From positions 1 through 33,188 of the forward strand of contig JAWAQK010000011.1 of the NCBI GenBank assembly GCA_038893995.1: DNA of 33,188 nucleotides, in the 5' to 3' direction. Below are positions 7,431 through 17,052 of the stretch, piece after piece. The DNA is from Candidatus Thorarchaeota archaeon (GTDB lineage: Archaea; Asgardarchaeota; Thorarchaeia; Thorarchaeales; Thorarchaeaceae). Numbering within the stretch: the first letter of the stretch is position 1; each line of letters starts with the position of its first letter. Position numbers and translations under genes: made by a program. The notes beneath the pieces were generated by a model, which was given only the letters and a program-made list of their open reading frames with translations, made no database searches and was not told the DNA's origin.

Positions 7431-10400
7431 TCATCTACGTCTTCGAAAGAGTGTGCTCGCGATCAACGCCCCAGCCAGCATGGCACCCGCAGCGGCTGCA
7501 AACACGACCGGCTCAAACTGGCTCGAAGTATCTATGTATGCGACTGAGGGGTCGGACCATGTACGACTGGAATCGTCTCGAACCATGAACCTCAACACAT
7601 AGCGACCTGGAGGCAGTCTGGTCTTCAGCTGCGATGAGCTGGCGACAAATATCGGCAACCCTGTAGTATTGTCAGCTGGAAAGACTTCCCACCAGTAGGT
7701 CGACGAACCAAGTACATTCTCAGCATATCCCCGTGCCATGACCACGCTCTGATTTCCAGATGGCGTCACTACGACCTCACTTATGTGTGCAACCGGCACA
7801 GGATCGCATAGTAGCTCATACCACACCGCATCGTTCTGACTTTCGAAGCAGACTATCCGACCATCTGTGACTGTTGGTGTCAGAGCATATAGTCGCCTTC
7901 CGGTGGGATCAAGAGCAAACACATGCAGAACGTTGCGCGGGGTATCGAGCTCCAACCTGACACTCACGGGCGTCAGACGTATCTGGGTGGGGGGCCGGCC
8001 CCAATACTCGGCATCCCGCGAGTTGCCCAACCGCCAACCTGTGTTCCGGACCTGAGAGCCAACGTAAATCAGTATGTGGTCTGACGATGCCAGATCATTT
8101 CCGTCGAGTGCTGACGCCATCACGACTGAGAAGTTCGTGTACGATCTGACTGACAGGACCGAAAGGTTGGCCTGATTGAAGAACCCGAGTGCGCCCTGAG
8201 TCCGACTTGCATTGACTAGAAACACTCCTGTCAATGGAGACCAGAACAGCTCCCCTGTATCAGATATCCTCCACGTGAATTCATACTGACCTGAAGGGGT
8301 ATCCTGAGACTCGGGAAGACCTTCCACTGGCCAGTGGACGCAGCCACTTCCTACTAGTGATTTGACCATCTGCAATGATGGAGGCTCGGACGGACCGAGA
8401 CTGAGCAGCTTCCTAACCCCATGCTCCAGTGGAGTTGTACCCAGCTCGAATGGTTCGTAATGGGTCATTACGCCCTCCTGCAGGTAGGTCCTGATCGATA
8501 GGGACCTGTCGAAGTAGTAGTATAGGGTGGACTGCGCCACACTCACATCGCCCCTGCGATACATGAGCGCAACAAAGGGAATGAGGGCCATGTACAGTGG
8601 GTTAGGGTCAATATCGTACGGACTTGTGATGTACCTTATGCCCAGGGGTTTTTCACCGTGAATGCCAAACAGCATCACCCCATCAAGGTCCTGAAAGGCA
8701 GAATATGCAGCGAGGAATACTGGCCCCTCGATGCATGTGGCCTGAGTGGAATAGTGATTGTACTCAGACACTGTGATCGGCTTTCCAGCTACTGCAGATG
8801 CAAGGACCCACGGTATTGTGCCTCCGTATGTGTCATTGACCATGGGGTAGTTCCATGGAAGATTGTGGTAGATGTATGCGGGGTCCCAGTAGCAGTGTTG
8901 GTCGAGATAGTCCATCCTGGCCTGACTCAACAGACTTGCAGGGCCGTAGAAGGAATTCGTCCCAGTGATTGGTATCGCGACACCCAGGCCCCGTAGATGA
9001 TCACGCATCTCTGAGAAGTACTGGGACTCCAGGTCTACGTAGAAGCGGACCTGATCCATCATCCTTGACAATGTGAAGGATCGTCGCTCACTGAAGGGTA
9101 TCCTCAATACCGTGCCTATCCATGGGTCCTCTGATGGCATAAGGCCTTGAATTCCCCCCTCTCTGAGCTCTACAGAGTCTAACCAGAAACTGACATTTCT
9201 GACACCGTTCTGGCCCAGATTGATCCGCAGTGTGCTGTCCTGTGAGCGCACAGTCTTGAAGGTGAACGAAAACTTCCTCCAGTTGAGTGACACCGTATAG
9301 TCTTCGCCAGTGTAGTCAAAAGCGCCCCAGCCATCCACGAGTACGTTCAGAGTGTCACTGGCTCTTGCCCAGAAGGTCAATGTGTATATTCGGTCTGCAG
9401 CCAGATGGATCCCGTCCTGCTTGACCCAGATGTTTGAGTATGATGAACCCGAGCACTGCTGGATGTGTATCCTGGCAGAAGCGGGCGAGTTGTGATAGAC
9501 CACAGTATCGCGACTCAAGGTTGCTATCTCAGGTAACACGCTACCAAATGACCAGTGTAAGAGGTCTGTGGAGAATTCACCGTTGAGTATCAGACTTGGA
9601 CCTGTGAAGGGAATCTCGCCGACCGCCCAGGCACTGCGCAGGTCTTCAACATTCGCATACATCTTGGAGAGCCAGTCGTTCCAGTGATGATCCAACTCGG
9701 ACACGTAATACTGGGGTAGCTCGCCACAGGACTCGGTAGGCCCCTTTGCCTGGCCGAGCCCGTACAGCTGGTCAAAGCTGTCCGCAAGAAACAGGCTATT
9801 CTCGTTCGTCACCTCGATCATTGCAAGCACTGGATCCTCAGCTAGAGACATCCCGGTGTACGGGTTGACGTGGCACAGCAGATTGGTCGCGTACTCCTTT
9901 TGGAGGTCTATCATTGTATCGTTGAAGAGTGTGACATACTTGGCCATCACCGGAAGATGTTGCCACTCGACGACACCATCGCCCCTAAGAAAAAACCGTT
10001 CGGCGTGAAGATTCATGTCTATGTATATGCCGTGCTGCTTTAACTGATATACAAAATAGTCGAACCTGTCCAGCCAGTCACTCTTCAGATGACGTGTGTC
10101 ACCCCATGCGAGGTCGAAGATGCAGTCGTCAGGGCGATAAAGAGACTCGATCTTATGAAATCGGAGGAGGTTGAAGCCAAACTTTGCAAGACGACCCGCA
10201 ATGATTTCTGCATCTGTCTTCGAAGGCGCCCCCCACCCCCAGCATACGCTCGTGCCGAGGAATCTGACTCTCGTACCATCCTCGAACTCGAAATGGCCGC
10301 TAGGAGACACGTGTAACTTGCCGTGAGTCCCAGCAGGACGATCATTGAGCCAGGTCATATCTACGGCGGAAGGAAGAGTGTCATACCAGGGAAGCTCGTA

Positions 10401-10538
10401 GTCATTCCAGACTAGAGGCTCAGATGGAGTGGTAGGTGATGGAGTCTGTTCGGGGGCAAGTCCCACGCTGGCAGCTGGAATCGGAAGCATGAAGCCCGTG
10501 AGTATCAATGCAAGAAGTGGTATCGACTCGGCGTGCAT
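7431..10538 (-). CDS. Secreted, C-terminally anchored clan GH-A (GH5-like) glycoside hydrolase with inserted CBM4_9 module
   Basis: Signal peptide; GFNLLRFH, GIYIDMNLH, VNPYTG, acid/base EVTNEN, nucleophile ITVSEYN; CBM4-like LILNGEF...YTLTFWARA...WRKFSFTF...FWLDSVEL; C-terminal TM followed by RRRR. Confidence 0.85.
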   Translation of the reverse strand: MHAESIPLLALILTGFMLPIPAASVGLAPEQTPSPTTPSEPLVWNDYELPWYDTLPSAVDMTWLNDRPAGTHGKLHVSPSGHFEFEDGTRVRFLGTSVCWGWGAPSKTDAEIIAGRLAKFGFNLLRFHKIESLYRPDDCIFDLAWGDTRHLKSDWLDRFDYFVYQLKQHGIYIDMNLHAERFFLRGDGVVEWQHLPVMAKYVTLFNDTMIDLQKEYATNLLCHVNPYTGMSLAEDPVLAMIEVTNENSLFLADSFDQLYGLGQAKGPTESCGELPQYYVSELDHHWNDWLSKMYANVEDLRSAWAVGEIPFTGPSLILNGEFSTDLLHWSFGSVLPEIATLSRDTVVYHNSPASARIHIQQCSGSSYSNIWVKQDGIHLAADRIYTLTFWARASDTLNVLVDGWGAFDYTGEDYTVSLNWRKFSFTFKTVRSQDSTLRINLGQNGVRNVSFWLDSVELREGGIQGLMPSEDPWIGTVLRIPFSERRSFTLSRMMDQVRFYVDLESQYFSEMRDHLRGLGVAIPITGTNSFYGPASLLSQARMDYLDQHCYWDPAYIYHNLPWNYPMVNDTYGGTIPWVLASAVAGKPITVSEYNHYSTQATCIEGPVFLAAYSAFQDLDGVMLFGIHGEKPLGIRYITSPYDIDPNPLYMALIPFVALMYRRGDVSVAQSTLYYYFDRSLSIRTYLQEGVMTHYEPFELGTTPLEHGVRKLLSLGPSEPPSLQMVKSLVGSGCVHWPVEGLPESQDTPSGQYEFTWRISDTGELFWSPLTGVFLVNASRTQGALGFFNQANLSVLSVRSYTNFSVVMASALDGNDLASSDHILIYVGSQVRNTGWRLGNSRDAEYWGRPPTQIRLTPVSVRLELDTPRNVLHVFALDPTGRRLYALTPTVTDGRIVCFESQNDAVWYELLCDPVPVAHISEVVVTPSGNQSVVMARGYAENVLGSSTYWWEVFPADNTTGLPIFVASSSQLKTRLPPGRYVLRFMVRDDSSRTWSDPSVAYIDTSSQFEPVVFAAAAGAMLAGALIASTLFRRRR

Positions 10539-10716
10539 CGACGTATCTCCTTATTGCTGAACATGAAAATGAGTTTTGTGAAACGCGGCCGTACCGACCA
10601 ATGTGTGGAATGGGCCGTATAGGGCCCAATACCGCCAGGGCCTCTACGGCTTTATCTGAGTGCAGTCAGCACAATGCTCTTCTTTGTCAGCATGGCACTT
10701 GTCTCAGGGCCGTGTC

Positions 10717-11154
10717 ATGTCGGAAACACACCAATATGCACTGACTGTAAGACACCTGCATGAGAAGATAGTCAACGTGAGCATCAAGGGCAAGGAAGAC
10801 TTCAGGGTGTCCACACCCCCAGACTTCTGGCCAGAAGCTCCCGGTGATGTCCTGTCCCCGGAGGACCTGTTTGTGGCCTCTGTGGCATCCTGCTACGGCG
10901 TTACTCTCGCTGGTATCGCTGAGCGTTCACATGTGAAGCTGAAAGGCTTCACAATTGAGGCGGAGGGCAGGCTGAAACGTGGTGAAAAAGGATGGGAGTT
11001 TGAAAACATCACCCTCCATGCAAACATAGGTGCTTCGTCGGAGAAGGACATAGAGAGTATTGAGAAGGTTGCTGAGCGCGCACACACCTACTGCCTAGTT
11101 TCGAACTCTCTGAAGTGCCCAGTCCTGGTTCAGATCGAAGTCAAGGTCGCGTAG
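10717..11154 (+). CDS. OsmC/Ohr family peroxiredoxin-like protein
   Basis: SPEDLFVASVASC and AHTYCLVSNSL carry the two conserved Cys. Start corrected to ATG 10717 (MSETHQY). Confidence 0.9.
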   Translation: MSETHQYALTVRHLHEKIVNVSIKGKEDFRVSTPPDFWPEAPGDVLSPEDLFVASVASCYGVTLAGIAERSHVKLKGFTIEAEGRLKRGEKGWEFENITLHANIGASSEKDIESIEKVAERAHTYCLVSNSLKCPVLVQIEVKVA

Positions 11155-11165
11155 TAGAGTTCGTT

Positions 11166-11543
11166 CTAGTCCATCTGCGGTAGAGGAATTCCGACAGAGT
11201 ACTCGTTGCCACAATCGCATCTTAGCTTGATTGACCATCTCTTGGGTAGGGGGACCACGAACTCAGCGAGCTGACCGGAGAGACTGTCCCTAATGCCCCG
11301 GATCAGCCTCACGTAACTGTCAGCTACACAGAGCAACTCGGCGTTGAAGTCCAGGTCAGACACAAAGTATCGTATTGACTCGTTGCATTTCGGACAGTAG
11401 GTCAGGAGGAGGTGTGTCTTGTCGCCACATTTGGGGCACTCGATCTGTCGCTGTGTAATCGCCGGAGCTGACTCTATGTCGACACTCTCCGAGATCTCAT
11501 TACCGCAGACGCTGCAGAAGTAGCTCAGAGGAAATGTCTTCAT
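11166..11543 (-). CDS. Multi-Cys zinc-ribbon protein of unknown function
   Basis: CSVC, CPKC, CPKC and CDC motifs in 125 aa. Confidence 0.8.
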   Translation of the reverse strand: MKTFPLSYFCSVCGNEISESVDIESAPAITQRQIECPKCGDKTHLLLTYCPKCNESIRYFVSDLDFNAELLCVADSYVRLIRGIRDSLSGQLAEFVVPLPKRWSIKLRCDCGNEYSVGIPLPQMD

Positions 11544-11621
11544 GAGAACGTCCCGAGAGAGAGGTTAGTGCGCGGAGGGATAAAGGTCTAATGGTGGCAC
11601 ATTCGTGAGTCAGGTGACACG

Positions 11622-12338
11622 ATGAGAAATTCACTCGGAAAAGAGAGAACTCGCAACCTCCTGAGGGAACTTGCCGCAGACGCCGGTCCCTGGAGTCAGC
11701 TATTCCGTCCGACTGAGAGGTCCGACACAGCAGCTATTGGGGTCCTGTCAGTCATACTGGTCGGACTATGGTCTTCACGACTATTTACCGATCAGGCCCC
11801 AGTGTACGTACTGACCCCCCTACTCGTGCTTGTGTGTGTCATCCTCTCGCTACGGACATGGGAGCTCACGGATCTCTCATGGTCCGGCGAACACTATCGT
11901 CTCGAACTTACAAGGCGAGGCCCACCAATGTCCATCATCCTGGAGGCACAGATAGGATCTGCATTGGTCTTCGCGATGATGTACTATCTTGTCATTACAC
12001 TCTTTGTGGTACCAGGCGTTCCCGCGCAAGTACTAGCATTGACCGCCCTTCTCATTTGCCTCCTGCTGTTCCCAGTCGTTCCAGCCGCTTCTCAGTACAC
12101 TAAGTTGAAGATGTTCAAGACGACGGTGACCATACTGGGAACGATCGGTGGGACCGATGTCATCGTTGAGCGTCTGAACGTTTCGCCGATAGACCCAGCG
12201 TATGGACAGGCGACGGATGTCTTGAGCAGCCACGTTGCACGAGTGATGAACCGCATCGCACGAGACCGGCCCGAACTACTTGACCCACCAGGTTGGCAGC
12301 CAATCGGCATACCGGACCATCATCGTCAGTCTGAGTGA
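11622..12338 (+). CDS. Hypothetical membrane protein (about 4 TM)
   Basis: Four hydrophobic segments; GGTGA RBS directly upstream of the ATG. Confidence 0.7.
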   Translation: MRNSLGKERTRNLLRELAADAGPWSQLFRPTERSDTAAIGVLSVILVGLWSSRLFTDQAPVYVLTPLLVLVCVILSLRTWELTDLSWSGEHYRLELTRRGPPMSIILEAQIGSALVFAMMYYLVITLFVVPGVPAQVLALTALLICLLLFPVVPAASQYTKLKMFKTTVTILGTIGGTDVIVERLNVSPIDPAYGQATDVLSSHVARVMNRIARDRPELLDPPGWQPIGIPDHHRQSE

Positions 12339-12388
12339 CGCTATCAATGCCACGATATGAAACGAGCTCGATGATTCACGCGACCATG

Positions 12389-13669
12389 TCAGATGACATC
12401 GAAGACTATCTCCCAGAACTGACGCTCAGACACTCCCAACCTCATGGATCGTATATCGTCCTTGACCCGGTTGAAGACCTCCGAGGACATGGCCCGCTTC
12501 TGTTGCTCATGCGTCTGTTTGACCCTCTCTGTGATGATCTGTACCTGTTCTGGAGTCGCCTCCACTCCGCCCATCTCGAGCAGGTATTCAATGAATCGAC
12601 GACCTACGAACTTTCCAAGATGGAACTCGCGCCTGCGACCAACACGAGCGGGGCTTATGGGTTCGTAGGTCATTGAATGCGACAGCTGTCCGTGTGAATG
12701 GATGCCACTTGAGTGCGTGAAGGCGTTGTCTCCGCTTATTGCCTTGTGCAGTGGTAGTGGCACCATGAACCGTTGCTCCACCTCCCTCGAGAGGTGGTAG
12801 AGTTTCTCTGTCTCCACACCTGTGTCGATGCCGTAGAGTTCCTCCAGTGACATGACGACCTCCTCGAGCGCGGCATTCCCTGCTCGCTCGCCATAGCCGT
12901 TGACGCACACATGAGCATAGGTGGCACCCTCCTCAATTGCTGCAAGTGTATTTGCAGTGGCCAGACCGAAGTCATTGTGACAGTGTACTGCTATCGGAAC
13001 ACGGTACCTCGGATCGTTCCACAGATGCTCCCTCACCTGCGACACGATGTATCTCATGACCTGAGGTCGCACGAAGCCTACTGTATCTGCAACGCATATC
13101 TTGCTGGCCCCGGCATCTATTGCGGCCCTATAGCACCTACACAGGAACTCCATGTCGCTCCGGGTCGAGTCCTCTGCAATATAGTCTATAGTCAGGCCAT
13201 GTTCGCGCCCGTACTCTATGCATTCTACAAGGCGTTCGATCATCTCATCTCGAGTCATCTTGAGCTGATACTTGAGCCTGAAGTCAGACGTGGCGATAAA
13301 GACAGGGACCTCCTTCACTCCGGCGTCTATACAGGCATCGATGTCCGAAACGTTCGCACGAGCGGGGGCACCCACTACGGCTCTACTGAGTCCCTCCCTC
13401 GCGATAGCGGCGACAGCCTGCTTCTCAGACTCACTGACGGCAGGATACCCGACCACCACCACAGAAACTCCTACCTCGTCAAGGAGCTTGGCGATCTCAA
13501 TCTTCTCGTCGATGGTGAGAGCCACGCCAGGTGTCTGTTCCCCATCCCTGAGTGTCTCATCCCATATGAAGACACGTTTGGGAAGGTAAGAGGACCGAGT
13601 AGCCTCGATGCGATTGTAGTTGACGGCCAGGCCGGCCTTCTCAAGGGTCTCCATCGTCCGTTTCTCCAT
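12389..13669 (-). CDS. DRE-TIM metallolyase: homocitrate/isopropylmalate/citramalate synthase family (AksA/LeuA-like, no regulatory domain)
   Basis: DETLRDGEQTPG, AEDSTR, ADTVG, HCHNDFG, GYGERAGNA, HSSGIH. Confidence 0.92.
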   Translation of the reverse strand: MEKRTMETLEKAGLAVNYNRIEATRSSYLPKRVFIWDETLRDGEQTPGVALTIDEKIEIAKLLDEVGVSVVVVGYPAVSESEKQAVAAIAREGLSRAVVGAPARANVSDIDACIDAGVKEVPVFIATSDFRLKYQLKMTRDEMIERLVECIEYGREHGLTIDYIAEDSTRSDMEFLCRCYRAAIDAGASKICVADTVGFVRPQVMRYIVSQVREHLWNDPRYRVPIAVHCHNDFGLATANTLAAIEEGATYAHVCVNGYGERAGNAALEEVVMSLEELYGIDTGVETEKLYHLSREVEQRFMVPLPLHKAISGDNAFTHSSGIHSHGQLSHSMTYEPISPARVGRRREFHLGKFVGRRFIEYLLEMGGVEATPEQVQIITERVKQTHEQQKRAMSSEVFNRVKDDIRSMRLGVSERQFWEIVFDVI

Positions 13670-13677
13670 AGTCTGTA

Positions 13678-14241
13678 CTAAGGTCGCTCGAAGACATACT
13701 CCCCATGGTCTGGAAGTCCATTCTTGGCCTTCTCAAGTCCAGACATCTCTCTCTCAAACTCATCTCTTGAGAGCTTGCCTGCCTCGAAGGAGGCCTTGGC
13801 CTTCTCAATCTTGTAGTCCAACCTCTGTCGCTCAAGGTAGAGACTGCTCAATGAGTGTTTGCATGAGGGCACAGCACCGGCTCTCTCACCTATCGCCTGC
13901 ATCATTGGCAGCCAGCAGATCTCGTCGATACGAAAGGCATACTCGAGTCCACGTTCGATTATCCTGTCAGTGAGGGGACAAGAGTGGACTGTTATCTTGT
14001 GTCCCTCCTGCCTTGCGTCCAGACCCAGGGCTCGCATGAGTTCAGCTGCAGTCTTCGCAGCCGCCTCGGGCCCTCTCGGACTTGATCGCTCCGCAGCCTC
14101 GATTCCAATCTGCCTGAATCCTCTGGCGTACCCCTCGTGCATTGAGAGGGCACCCACAGTATCTCTCAGACCCCACCATAGCCCATCCAGAAACGCAATG
14201 AATGATTTCCGTACTAACTCGAGCTCCGACATCGACGTCAC
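13678..14241 (-). CDS. V4R/H-NOX-like (DUF6125 / ATC-hydrolase-like) small-ligand-binding-fold protein with helical insertion
   Basis: FLDGLWW motif, TVHSCPL, EICW, final strand EYVFE; overlaps the nitroreductase stop (GTGA). The start may be the ATG of MSELE. Confidence 0.55.
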   Translation of the reverse strand: MTSMSELELVRKSFIAFLDGLWWGLRDTVGALSMHEGYARGFRQIGIEAAERSSPRGPEAAAKTAAELMRALGLDARQEGHKITVHSCPLTDRIIERGLEYAFRIDEICWLPMMQAIGERAGAVPSCKHSLSSLYLERQRLDYKIEKAKASFEAGKLSRDEFEREMSGLEKAKNGLPDHGEYVFERP

Positions 14242-15011
14242 CTCCTGACTCTGAAGGGCTCACCCCATCGATTGAGGAAAGCTATCTCCTCGGGAGGCTG
14301 CCTCGGCGGCCCCTGTGTCCGTTCGCCCTTTGCATAGCCCAGCGTCAGACAGAGTATGGGCACCCAGTGAGGATACGGTATGCCCAGTCGCTCGCATATT
14401 GCTCCGACGTCGTCGAAATGGTCCAGTTGGACCGAGGATACACAGCTTCCTATGCCAAGCGAGGCTGCGGCCAGTGCCATGTTCTGCATCATCATTGCTC
14501 CTGCGATTACCGCATGTCTGGGGCCAGACCAGCCATAGACACCGCCAGTTCCCCTCAGTGTCGGCTGTGAGTTACCAACGTGTGTCTGGTCAACGGCAAG
14601 GACCAATAAGACTGGCGCCCCGTTTGTCTCTGGCTCGCCCTTGATGTACTCGAACCGTCGTCCAGTTATCAGGATCTCAATCGTCCTCTCTCGAGAGGCC
14701 TTTGACTTGATGTAGCTCAGTCTTCTCTCAAGCTCCTGGCGAGGAGTGGCCCTGCCAAACAGTTGTATCGTCCGGTCCACCGCGATCTGACCAATGAACC
14801 GCTGAGTCTCCTTGTCTCTGACCACGATCACACGCCAGGGCTGCTGATTCTCAGCGCTTGGAGCATAGCCACCAGCCTCGATTATCTTGTAAATCAGCTC
14901 ATCAGGAACATCACGTGATGTGTCGTAGTCCCTGATGGCCCTTCTCTCCTTGATCGTCCTGATGGTCTCGTTGTCTTCCAAGTCGACCGCGCTCCTTGTA
15001 CCGCGAGTCAA
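14238..15011 (-). CDS. Nitroreductase family flavoprotein
   Basis: ERRAIRDY, APSAENQQPWRVIVV, QNMALAAASLGIGSC, LTLGY. Confidence 0.93.
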   Translation of the reverse strand: MTRGTRSAVDLEDNETIRTIKERRAIRDYDTSRDVPDELIYKIIEAGGYAPSAENQQPWRVIVVRDKETQRFIGQIAVDRTIQLFGRATPRQELERRLSYIKSKASRERTIEILITGRRFEYIKGEPETNGAPVLLVLAVDQTHVGNSQPTLRGTGGVYGWSGPRHAVIAGAMMMQNMALAAASLGIGSCVSSVQLDHFDDVGAICERLGIPYPHWVPILCLTLGYAKGERTQGPPRQPPEEIAFLNRWGEPFRVRR

Positions 15012-15097
15012 CTCGGAAAATCGTCCTTAAGTAGATAGCTGGGAATCAGCGCTCGTCAGGAGACGAGAGGGTATCTGGGGTCGGAGCACTGCGAACT

Positions 15098-15703
15098 CTA
15101 ACGGGCAAGCTTGCTCGCGATCTCGGCGATCCTCTTCCCGTAGTCACGGGCAATCTTCCTCTCGGTCTCGTCAGGCTGTCTAGAACCATCCACGTCGGCC
15201 AGAGTACTTGGGCCATATGGTGTACCGCCACCCATGTGAGTGTTGATCTCGGGAGATGTATAACCAGGAGGGACTATGATCATCCCATGGTGCATCATGG
15301 GAATCATCATGGTTATCAGTGTTGATTCGTGTCCGCCATGCGGTGTGGCCACGCTTGTGAAGAACCCCGCCACCTTGTTCACGAGCCTCCCCGTCGCCCA
15401 CAGGTAGCCAGTCTGGTCAATGAAGTTCTTCATCTGTGAGGCCATATTGCCAAACCGCGTCGGGCTCCCGAAGATTATCGCATCATAGTCGCCCAACTCT
15501 TCAACCTTGGCGATCGGTATGTCACTCTGGATGGCCGCACCGTGCTTCAGACCAGGGCTAGACTCTATGATCTCGCGGGGTATCAGTTCAGGTACTCTCT
15601 TCAGGTCGACATCCGCACCTGCCTCGCGGGCACCCTGGGCAATCTCCTTCGCAAGCTCAAGAGTGTGTCCGTAAGAACTATAGTAGAGAACGAGCAGTCT
15701 CAT
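15098..15703 (-). CDS. wrbA: NAD(P)H:quinone oxidoreductase, WrbA family
   Basis: YYSSYGHT, YDAIIFGSPTRFGNMASQMKNFIDQTG, HGGHESTL, GGTPYG. Confidence 0.96.
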   Translation of the reverse strand: MRLLVLYYSSYGHTLELAKEIAQGAREAGADVDLKRVPELIPREIIESSPGLKHGAAIQSDIPIAKVEELGDYDAIIFGSPTRFGNMASQMKNFIDQTGYLWATGRLVNKVAGFFTSVATPHGGHESTLITMMIPMMHHGMIIVPPGYTSPEINTHMGGGTPYGPSTLADVDGSRQPDETERKIARDYGKRIAEIASKLAR

Positions 15704-15705
15704 GG

Positions 15706-15732
15706 TATTAATTATAGTTAATAGTCATATAA
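15706..15732 (-). promoter_or_regulatory. wrbA promoter: TATA box plus 18-bp AT-rich palindromic operator
   Basis: TATTAATTATAGTTAATA (15706-15723) lies between the minus-strand TATA TTATATG (15726-15732) and the start codon at 15703. Confidence 0.65.
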
Positions 15733-15814
15733 CCCTTGCGTGAGGGGCAATGTGACTCGTGTCAGGCCAGATTGTCCAGGGATAGGCCCTGAGAGATCAG
15801 CGCCTATTCATATC

Positions 15815-17017
15815 TCATATCAGCGGAGCGTCTCTACCAGCATACTTGACATGGAAGCCCGTGTCGAGGTTCATGCACTCCTTGAGTATGGCACTCCCTG
15901 CGACGAGTCGCTGGATCTGGTTTGTGCCCTCGTATATCTGCAGTAGCTTTGCATCACGCATGAGTTTCTCTGCGGGATACTCGGTGAGGTACCCGTAGCC
16001 ACCCATGATCTGTACGGCGTCTATTGCGTTCTGCATGGCTGCATCGGACGCAAAGAACTTGGCAAATGCGGAGATCTTAGAGACCGCACCACCTGTATCA
16101 GCCAGATATGCCGCATACCTCGTGAGCTGTCGGGCCGCCTCAGCCCTTGCACCCATGTCGGCCAGTGTGAAACTTATCCCCTGGAATGCACCGATGGGCT
16201 GACCAAACTGGTGACGTACATTGGCAAAGCGAGCTGCCTCATCAACAGCGCGCTGTGCAACGCCAGTGGCTATGGCAGCGATTCCAGCCCGTGTCTTGTC
16301 GAGGGTCTTCATGGCTATCTTGAATCCCTCTCCCTCTTTTCCAACAAGACACTCCTTCGGGACACGAACGTCCTCGAATATGACCTCGCTCTGGATCGAG
16401 TTGTTCTGACCGACCTTGTTCTCGATGTGACCAATCTTCACGCCCTTTGTCTTCGGGACCATGAAGACAGACAGCCCCTTGTTCTTCAGCTCCGGCTGAG
16501 TCGATGCGAAGACTGTGAAAAGCGACGCCACTGGAGCATTGGTGATGAAGCACTTTGTACCATTGATGACATACTCGTCGCCCTCTCGGACCGCCCGCGT
16601 TGCTACTGAGCCCGCGTCGGAACCTGACATCCGTTCCGTCAGACAGAATGCCCCGAACTTGACCTCCTTTCCTGTGATAAGCGGCGTCACATACTCCTTC
16701 AACTGATCTATCGTGGCTGCAATCACGAGTGGGGCAAAGGCGAGATTATTGCACATTATGGTTGTCGCAAGTCCTGCACATCCATAACCTGTGGCCTCAG
16801 ACACGAGAGTCTCTGCAAGCAGCGAGAGTCCTGGTCCTCCTGCCTCCTGTGGAATGTGCAGGTTCATCAGGCCTGCCTCATAGGCCTTCTGCACGACATC
16901 CTTCGGAAACTCGTTCTTCTTCTCCAGCTCGTGAGCACGAGGCGTGATATACTCGTATGTGAACTGTCTTGCACGTTCCCAGAGAGTCTTCTCCTTATCA
17001 CTCAGTCCAAAGTCCAT
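15815..17017 (-). CDS. Acyl-CoA dehydrogenase (short/medium-chain-like)
   Basis: FCLTERMSGSD, INGTKCFITNA, RHQFGQPI, QIMGGYGY, catalytic IYEGTNQIQR. Confidence 0.96.
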   Translation of the reverse strand: MDFGLSDKEKTLWERARQFTYEYITPRAHELEKKNEFPKDVVQKAYEAGLMNLHIPQEAGGPGLSLLAETLVSEATGYGCAGLATTIMCNNLAFAPLVIAATIDQLKEYVTPLITGKEVKFGAFCLTERMSGSDAGSVATRAVREGDEYVINGTKCFITNAPVASLFTVFASTQPELKNKGLSVFMVPKTKGVKIGHIENKVGQNNSIQSEVIFEDVRVPKECLVGKEGEGFKIAMKTLDKTRAGIAAIATGVAQRAVDEAARFANVRHQFGQPIGAFQGISFTLADMGARAEAARQLTRYAAYLADTGGAVSKISAFAKFFASDAAMQNAIDAVQIMGGYGYLTEYPAEKLMRDAKLLQIYEGTNQIQRLVAGSAILKECMNLDTGFHVKYAGRDAPLI

Positions 17018-17052
17018 CTGACTCGACCCATCTGCGGGGCGCCGCTCCAGGA

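Noticed and set aside
12911-13681. 256-aa plus-strand ORF, and similar long antisense ORFs such as 21874-22638 and 1558-2148
   Set aside because: Antisense or alternate-frame shadows of well-supported genes in GC-rich DNA, with no recognisable motifs.
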